This document shows positions 52,247 through 64,000 of a stretch of 64,000 bases of DNA, piece after piece. The position numbers were made by a program, and so were the translations under genes. The notes beneath the pieces were generated by a model. That model searched no databases, was not told the DNA's origin, and worked only from the letters and a program-made list of their open reading frames with translations. Source of the stretch: the human T2T-CHM13v2.0 reference genome, Homo sapiens. Each line of letters starts with the position of its first letter. The first letter of the stretch is position 1. Location of the stretch: assembly GCF_009914755.1 (NCBI RefSeq), contig NC_060933.1; one strand, 5' to 3'.

Positions 52247-52531
52247 TGTAGCAGAACCTGCTGGTTCCCTACCACATTCCCTAGGGCTTTACCAGGTCAC
52301 ACATGGAGTTCTGATTTCTCACTGCCAGACTCTGCACCTCTTTGCCCAATGGCTCTTCTGACAGCTGGAGACAGGTGTGCCCCTTGCACAGCAGTCTAGA
52401 AGTACAGGAGAATTAACACAACTTTTACTTATCCCTCTTCACCCATGTTTCCTGGGATAACATCCTAAAAAAACTATTTGTACTCAAATTCTTATCTTAG
52501 AGTTGTCTTCTGGAGGAACCCAAACTAAGAC
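52247..52531 (+). mobile_element. LTR16A-like LTR (internally deleted)
   Basis: tgtagcaga...ctgcacctctttgccc...tctggaggaacccaaactaagaca. Confidence 0.7.
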
Positions 52532-53859
52532 ACATCTGAAAATTCATTTGTTCCTCCATGTACGCATAAATATGAAACTACCTGGACTTGGAGAAATAAG
52601 TAAGTGTGTTTCTGGGACTGAGAATGTATTGACTCAGACTTGCATAATGGGAGTTGCTCAGAGGAAAGATAAGGGAGTAAAATGGATATCACATTAAGAA
52701 AAGGTACTAACAGTATAGGTTCAAGTTATGACAATTAGCCAAAACCATTTTATTTCTAAGTAAAGTAGTTAAATGAAATGGTGATCACATTGCACAAAGG
52801 CATGGCTATGCTATATTACACTTGCAGAGAGAGAGAGAGATGACTGGTGGAAATGATTGGCTACTTACTGACTCTGGGTTTTCTATCAGTTGGCAAAATG
52901 ATGTGGGAAGACAATTAGTAAATTAAGTCTGATGTGCTGAGTGAAATCTGAAACGTTGGCAGCCATATTCTGTGGGGAAGTCCGTGGCAGGGGCCAGACT
53001 GGGTAGTTTAGTAACACTTACATAAAAGACAAAGACACTCACACTCAAACCCATCCATTTTGTGAAGCAGATAAGCTGTACTGGTCTAGGGAAAGTGTTA
53101 AGAGGACTGTATTTTCCTTAATATCACTAAAATTTTTTAAATTGATGTTATATCTCTCAGGCACTGGCATTTCTAAGAATTGTGATTGACAGTGAACTTG
53201 GATGAGAATGAGGTTTCCATCAGATTCCTAACTTATTTTAATTTGTTAACCTTTAATAATCTTTTTTGGTAAATTTCACAATTTGCTGTAAATATTCCTT
53301 TTTCCTTTTTGATTATATTTTTATTTATTACAATTTAAAATATTATTTTATGATAGTGGTGTGTGTGTGTTAAAGTATGCTAATGACAATAAAGTATTGT
53401 TTAATCTATGATTGCCTGAAACTAGGTATGATCACATTTGGCAGCCTATTCAGGACTGAATGGAAGCTATGAGCTTTTCCACTGGAGTCATTACAGTGCA
53501 CACTGTGAGTGTGAATGTTCATTAGCATATTATGGATCTATAATTTCTGCCTAAAAAAACTATGCAAAGCAATTACCCAGCATGGTAGGAGCTCTGTTTT
53601 GAACTTCAACATTTTCTCCTTTCCTTCCTCTTTTTAGTGTACCTTCTCCGTACCCCTGGATATTTGTTTTTCACTAAATAGAAATATTGCATAGTTCAAG
53701 ATCTCCGACACTGTGTCATTTCATAGAGCTCACACACTCTGACCAGAAGGAAAGATGGGTTCCGGGAAGCTGAGGCTACTGAAGATTATCTGAATTCTGG
53801 TTGAAAGGCCAAAAGAAAATGTGTATTATGGAAAAGTGATGCTCTTAAAGCAGGAAGTG

Positions 53860-54050
53860 GTCTCTGGGCCATTTACTTGTTGTGTGACTTTGGGATACTC
53901 AGCCTCTCAGAGCTTTGTTTTATTGCCTTTCTTTCAATGGGATCAATAAGGTCTAACTGGCAGAGTGGTTTTGAACAGAAAAGAAGATGATATATGAGAA
54001 AGAGCTTTATAAAGAGTTCATAGCTGTACAAAAACAAAGTTATTGCCATC
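53860..54050 (+). mobile_element. MIR
   Basis: gccatttacttgttgtgtgactttggga...cagcctctcagagctttgttt. Confidence 0.6.
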
Positions 54051-54330
54051 ATTACTTGTGTAGCAGGTGGTAATCTACAAATTGCTTTAATATGTATTGT
54101 TTAATTTGGTTTTTAGAGCTGCACTCTATCTAGAGTAGAAAGAGAAACTCCCTATTGCACAAGATGGGAACACTGAAGTTCTGCAAGATCAGGTAGAGCC
54201 AGGCATAACCAATTTTACAACTTAAAAAACTGAATAGAAATGCTTGGCTTCTGAATTTGGAATTCAAATTTAAATGCTCATTTTAATTTAATTATTTTGT
54301 ATACAAATACACATGTGTATGGACATACAG

Positions 54331-54399
54331 GAAAAAAGAGAGAGGAGAGAGAGGAAAGGCAGAGAGGAGAGAGAGAGAGAGAGAAAAAGAGAGACAGAG
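54331..54399 (+). repeat. (GA)n-rich microsatellite
   Basis: Direct reading. Confidence 0.85.
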
Positions 54400-56299
54400 T
54401 CTATAATGTATCTTAGCACAGATCTCCATTGTGCCTGTTAAAATCAGCACAGATTTTCATTTCAAATTCTGTATCGGAGTTTCTGAGTTTTCCTGTGGCT
54501 AAATGTTTACCTAGATATCTCTGCTGTAGTTTCCAGCTTCTGTAGAATGTCTGGTGATTGCTCCTGTCATACAGTAGATTGTTGTGGTTATTCTCATGTA
54601 ATGGTGAAGGTCTTTACACATATTGCTGCTCAACAGATATTTTGAAATTGGGTATTAGAAGATCTAGCTTTTCAGGTTTTTTTTTTTTAAGTCATTTTCT
54701 CTATCCCAGGCTTAAACTTTTCACCTTATTACTTGGTCTTCTCTTTCCTCTGAAACTCTTAACTTCTATTTGTTTTTATGCGCATCCCTGCTCTAAATTC
54801 CTGTCCCTTTCTTATGCTAAGCTTGTCATGAATCTCTTTTGTTATTTCCTCACCTAAACCTTCAGAACCTCACTTTCACTTCAGGTGGTTTGTCAAGATG
54901 AGCTCAGACTAGAATGCAGGCTCCACGTGGGGAGAGAGGATTGATCATTTCAGCCCTGTGTCTCCGGTGTCTGAAAGTAGTGGCTGACATGTAGTGGATA
55001 AAGAATAAATAAGCATTGAATGGTACATAAAAGTATTTCCTAAGAGGGATTCTCATACTAATTAGAAAAGCAATTAGAAGTATATTGTACGTATATTTCA
55101 CCCCATTATATATTTAAATTGGATTCAGAAAAATTATAATAGATAATTCCTAAACAGACAGTAATATTTTACCAAAAGCATATTTTAAATGTGTTACATA
55201 TTCCTTGACACTTAAATTACTTCCCTTAAACACAGCACTTGCTACAAATTCACATCATTTTTTTTTCATCGCTTTTGTTTCATTTTTTTCCTTGCCCTAG
55301 AGATTGCTATTGTGCTGGATGTAGGCATATTCTGAAAACTTCATTTAAAAATTAATAAATGTGTTTAATTGGAAAATGAGAACTGCTATGTTTTCATGGG
55401 TACTGGGCAGATACTTCCCTGCTAACCCTTATCCCCAGATTCTTTTTCTTTAATGTCACTCTCTGTAGAATTGCTTGATCAACGAAAGCGTGTCTCTTGA
55501 TGAAAACAGACTGTTCCTCAAAGAACAAATTAAGGACTTTCAGTCCTGGAGGTAAAACACTGTGAGTTCATCATGCAGTGCTGTTAAACAAATGTGTTAT
55601 GTGCCTGGCAACTCTGTCACACAATCAACAGGAAGCCTGAAACACAGAGATGAGCTGATTTGCACATTTTCATCAGATACTTGCAAATGCAATCAAAATA
55701 AACCAATAAGATTTAAAACTTCTTGTCATGACTCAACCTCTTGGAATTTCCCACCTTTTAACAAATCATTTATTTCACATTAAATGAATATGTTGAAGTT
55801 TTGCAAGCCATTTTAAATTCTAAGTTCTGTTTGAGGGTCTAAGTGTACTTTAAGAATGACCTCTCAAGGAGCTGCATAGTGTAATGAAGAGAATGGAGGA
55901 ATTGCAGTCTCTTCTTAATCAATTATAATGTCCTCCTCTCTTTTCTTCCCTCCTTTTTTGGTCATTTCTTTCCATCCTTCTGTCTTCAGCCTTTTCGCTC
56001 TTACCCCTATTCTCTCTTTTTTAGTCTCCAGCTCAAATTTTGTTCCTAGTGAATATAGGCAAATGGAAAAAAAGTGTTGATTTCTTGGTAAATTGTTGCT
56101 ATTCACTCAACGAACTCTTTCTTGGAGGAGCCACTATGTGCTAAGCACTCTATTAGGCATAAATGTGATTTTCAGCAAGCCACAGTCCATATCAACATGT
56201 GGCTCAGTAAACTACGTTTATTTAACTAACTCTTTCCCAAATAGAGCTTTGTTGGTAAAATGCATACCCAAAGTCCACAACTAATGTGCTTCATCAAAT

Positions 56300-56513
56300 T
56301 TTTTTTTTCTTTTTTTCTGAGACAGGGTCTTACGCTGTCACCCAGGCTGAATGCAGTGGCACAATCATGGTTCACTGCAGCCTTAAATTCTCAGGTTCAA
56401 TCGATCCTCGCACCTCAGCCTCCTGTGTAGCTGGAACTACAGGTGTGCATCATCACACCCAGTTAATTTTTGTACTTTTTGCCGAGACAGAATTTCACCA
56501 TGTTGCCCAGGCT
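56300..56513 (-). mobile_element. 5'-truncated AluJ with degenerate ~16-bp TSD
   Basis: tgtgcttcatcaaatt / tgcacttcaccaaatt flanks. Confidence 0.88.
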
Positions 56514-57209
56514 GCACTTCACCAAATTCTATATCCCAATGTGAAAGGCAAGGACTCGCCTCTTTAAAGCTGAAATAATTTAGAGTGACTGGATGAAGGG
56601 AGGAAAATCTATATCAAGCTCCATCTTTTATGAAATGTGGATTGGAGTATTGAACAATTGACAATTAATTTATCTAAATTGGTGTTAACATATTTGCAGT
56701 TTTATACTACAATTTAGGTTTTCATAATAAGGTCTGTCTAGGCTTCGTATATGGACTCAGCTCTGTTACTTTTTAATGAACCAGTGTCGTATGTAAGAAC
56801 CTGAATGCTTTGCTGGTGTGTGTTTAGGAATTGCTTATACATCACTGTAAACCTCAGCTACATTACGGAAAATATGTTATTTCTACTTGTACAGTCAAAT
56901 CGTAGTTAACATAACAGTTTCTGTGTTCCTCTCAGTGTTTCTAGTGCACCCTTTGAAAAGCTTGGGAGTCCTACCTTACAATTTCATCTACCAGGGATGA
57001 ATCTGAAAAATAGGATTTCTTTTCAGAGACTAGGTCTTAGAATAAAGTAAATGATTCGTAAATAAAATTATATATCCAAATGTTTTATTCCTTCACTGTG
57101 TCTCCCTCAGAATTTCTATGTTGAAATCCTAATCCCCAGTACCTCAGAATGTGACCTTATTTGGAAAAAGTCCCATTGTAGATATAATTAGTTAAATTAA
57201 GATGAAGTC

Positions 57210-59767
<2,558 letters not shown>

Positions 59768-60894
59768 AAATCACAGTAGACTAGGGTGGGCCTCTAATCC
59801 AATATGACTGGTGTCCTTGCGAAAGAGAGAATTTGTACACAAAGAGAGACACTCAGATAGGGAGAAAGCCCAGTGGGGATTAGTCATACTGCCACAAGCC
59901 AAGAAACTTGCAGAAGTTAGAAGACTACTGGAACTTCCCTAGCACCTTAAAGAGAACATGGCCTTTTGAACACATTACTCAGACATTTGCCTCTAGCACT
60001 GCAAAACAATACATTGCTGTTGCTTAAGCCAGTCAGTTTGTGGTACTTCATTATGTCAGCCCTAGGACACTAATACAGTATTGTTCTTTGAGTTAGTTCT
60101 TTTGTTATATTAAAAAGTCAAAATAACATAGTGAGAAGTTTGCAATAATAACTACAAATTAGGAAAGTTCCTTTTCCATACTTGTGTATCCTCTCTGAAG
60201 TACAGCTGAGAAACAGAGATGAGATAAGAATTTGAACCTACAAACTTAAGAATAAATCAAGGTGATAACACTGAATGCCTTGAGAGGATTTAGATTGATA
60301 ATTTATCTTCAGCAGAAGCAAAATGATAAAAGCATTCAAGGTTGGTCCATTAATTTTGAAAGCAAAATCCCCCATCAAAGTTTATAAATACTTCCAGAAT
60401 TCCTGAAGGTTCTAATCTCCATTTATGCTGCAGAGGTAGCTATAAGGTAAGTTAAATCTCAAGCAGCCAGATCCCTATTGATTATGTATCAGCAGAGGCT
60501 AGAAGATTTTATTTCTTCTCCCAAGTGGATTGTGAGAGCTTCATTCTGACAACATACCCGTGCACATCTAAATGAATCAAGCTTTTTAAAAAGTTGACAA
60601 TACAAAAAAAGAGATGCAATTCAACATCTAAGGGTCTGAGAACACATCTTTGAAAATGAAATACAGCAAAAACCTAGGCCACCAACATCCTCCATTATGC
60701 AAGGCAACAATGCAAGCAACTACAGGGTCTTAAGAGAAGATAATAGGAAATGAAATAGAGCAAAGTAGAGGAAAATGTAGAAATTTAATGAACAACATTA
60801 AAAAACATTGTTATGTGGGGAAATCTGACATTTCTAGATTTTAACTACAGGACCAAATTGACCTTGAAACATGTATGCATAAGATCAATGCAAT

Positions 60895-61160
60895 AATAAT
60901 GCCTTCAATCTTAAATGTGCCAGTTGCTTTTCTAAGCACATAATATATTATATTATATATAATCATATATAATATATTATATATTATATAATATTTACAT
61001 ACACCTTTTTAGTTGGGTTATCTTATTATTTCATTTTACAGATAAGTAACCTGAAGCTTAAAGAAGTATTTTTTTAGGATGAAACAGCTAACTGGCTGGA
61101 GGCTAGAGTTGATCCAAAGTATGACTCCAAAACCAACGATCTGTACTATAGCTGTGTTTA
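60895..61160 (-). mobile_element. MIR with embedded (TA)-rich tract
   Basis: cattttacagataagtaacctgaagcttaaaga...tgactccaaaacc. Confidence 0.65.
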
Positions 61161-61991
61161 CAGAATTTCATTTTCAAAGTTAGACATTTTCAATGTAACA
61201 ACAACAATAAGGAACATATTTAGTGTTGGTAATAATTTCCTTAGCCCAACCAATTAATTAGTATAAGATTTGTGTTCCTACAAATTTACATTGTTTTACC
61301 TAAAATCACCTCAGAGTCAAAGACTTAATCTCTACTTGACACAGTTTGGAGAACATCTGTCTTAACATTATTATCCATTACCGTTTAAGAATCAAGAATT
61401 TCTTCAATCCATAGGCATTATTGATAAGGAAGAGTGTTTTTAAAAGTATCTTCTGTGATGCTGTATCTACAGGCTTGCATGCCTCCTTGGAAGGAAGGAA
61501 AATAATGTCTGGAAATCGAATGCCACAATTTGGCATTCAATTATATGTACATCTGATGAAGTTTTATTTTTTGGTTGCCAAAAATTAAGTGTTCTCCCTG
61601 GGGGAAGTACTGCCAAGTTAAATACTTGTCTTTTTTTTTGTTTTGTTTTCCTTGGTATTATTAGACATGGGTGTTATAACCAATCTGTTTCAACAATGCT
61701 TAGAGAAAACCATTTTTGCTAAGATCCCTCCTTCTAATGGACTGTACAGAGCATTGCTTATTCTAAGAAGGGAAAAAAATATCCCCTTAAAACAAAAGAG
61801 AAGCTGATGTTGGCATTTTGAATGGATTCTTTGATTTCAAAAATTGTGCCCTCTCAAAATGCTCTCAAAAACAAGTAGCAATTAAAGCATGTGTGAAATC
61901 CAAACATATGCATGGAGACCATTAGCAAGTTAATTAAAAAGTCAAATGTTTTCCATACTTTGCCCATTTATGAATTATTTTTAAGATGTTT

Positions 61992-62301
<310 letters not shown>

Positions 62302-62974
62302 TTACTATAATTGTATACTACAAATACTATTGGTTACAGTGTATTTTCTTTAGATTAATTACTTTTTTCTTAAACATTTTAAGAAATACTATCTTTGAAA
62401 TTCACAAATTTTTATATACAAGTTACAGACATGAAATGAAATATATTGCTATTAAAATAAAACAGCATTTAACTCTGTGCAACTTAATGTGATCTGCTTC
62501 ACAGTCTCAACATACTCACTATGTGAGAAATGTGTGGGCTTAAAGCTGCCAACAAGATGATAGCTAGCCTCTTCATCCCACAAAGTTCCCCACTCCAAAC
62601 TACAACCTCAGTTGAAAAATAAGTTAAAATAAAATCTGTTCCAGAATGCAGATCTTTCAAATACCTGTTCAGTTAATAATATTTCTAATCACAGTGAATC
62701 TCATGCAGTGTCTGAAGTTTTTTTTAAACTCCCAAGGAGGCTCATCCCTGGATTCTCCCTTTGCTTATCTGAATATCCTATCACCCCCATTCCTACTTTC
62801 TCTCTAAGAGTCCCTTCTGGCGGGTGAGTCCTGCAGGAAAAATCAAAAAAGGACAAATTCTGTCTTTACTCACCAAAACCAACTTCTCCCAAATGGCTAA
62901 CACTGTCCCATATCGATGCTGGCTCTGCAGCTGAAATATGGAAATATTTTTGCTTGGTTGAAACCACACCCTGG

Positions 62975-64000
62975 ATCACTCCTGCTTGCGGGGCACGGAG
63001 AAGGCACCCACACCTGCACCTCCCAGTTTCTTGCCCTAAGCCAACACCACCTCCAGCCTGACCACCCACACAGTCACCATCAGCCCCCAACCCCACTCCC
63101 TTTCAGCTGCATTGACTCTATTACTGTGGTGAACACCTGCAGGAAGGTAGGTACTCCAGCACCTGCTAGCAGTCTACTGCAGCTGCCGCTATCACTGCTG
63201 CTGGCATGCACAAATGAGGACGGATCCCACTTACCACATCACAGAACCTTTTGGCTGACACCACCCATGGGAGTGTGATGAGAAGCAGTCTGTGAGAACC
63301 TCAGCATCCCCAGTGCAGTAGATTCCTGACCTCCAGGAGACAGAGAACAAAGTTGCAGCCCAGTACAAGTCTCCCATATTTAAAGCACACAGTCCAGGAG
63401 TTAGGAGCTGAGTGTTGGCTCCCTAAAATCTTCTAGAAATGAAGCCAGTCAGCTGAATCCACCTTATACCAGAATCAAACACTCAAGGTTATCAAATAGG
63501 ATAAGAGAAAAAAAAATCCAAACACCAGCAACCTAAAAAATTGAAGGAAGATAAGCCCAAAACGATGAGAAAGAATCAGTGCAAGAACCCTGAGAACTTA
63601 AAAAGCCAGAGTGCCTTCTTTCTTCCAAATGACTGCATCACCTCTATAGCAAGGGTTCTGACTGGGTTGAGATGGCTGAAATTACAGAAATAGAATTCAG
63701 AATATGGATAGTAACAAAGATCCTTGAGCTATAGGAGAACATTAAAACCCTATACAAGGAAGCTACAAATCATGATAAAACAATGCAGGAGCTGACAGAA
63801 AAAAATACTCAGTATAGAAAAAATACCATAAAGCAACCTGATAGAGCTGAAAAACACACTATAAGAATTTTACAATGCAAATTGCAAGTATTAAAAGAAA
63901 AATATACCAAGTGAAGAATAGACTCTCAGAGCTTGAAGACTGGCTTTCTGAAATAAGACAGGCAGACAAGAATACAGAAAAACAGAATGAAAAAAGAATG
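62975..64000 (+). mobile_element. L1 (L1PA13-16/L1PB-like) 5'UTR and ORF1 start, running off the window
   Basis: atgagaaagaatcagtgcaagaac...gagatggctgaaattacagaaatagaattcagaatatggata...tcagagcttgaagactgg. Confidence 0.85.

Overview
Primate genomic DNA, almost certainly human (chr9q21 by gene identity). Bases 1-9.8 kb hold the 3' half of ANXA1 (annexin A1) on the + strand. Eight GT-AG coding exons (exons 6-13, 657 nt) splice in frame to residues 129-346 plus stop, followed by the 3'UTR and poly(A) signal. The remaining ~54 kb is intergenic and dominated by transposon fossils: Alu, L1, MIR/L2, MaLR LTRs (MST, THE1, MLT1), a MER41 LTR with PBS and internal sequence, LTR16, MER5/MER3/MER91, a two-LTR THE1 provirus and a near-full-length Hsmar1 mariner. 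The most unexpected feature is an orphan ADAM-family exon at 31660-31843 (metalloprotease/disintegrin junction, cyritestin/ADAM3-like). It has intact splice sites and an in-frame TGA, and appears to sit in a ~0.5 kb fragment inserted into an old MIR. Other oddities are a poly(A)-only insertion with a 14-bp TSD, a twin-primed L1PA, a 60-bp L1PA stub, a Hsmar1 that lost its 5' TIR but keeps the SETMAR-type acceptor, and divergent CTCF-like motifs. I see no support for a new multi-gene system. Repeat subfamily names come from recalled consensus sequences, and repeat boundaries are approximate unless a TSD is quoted.
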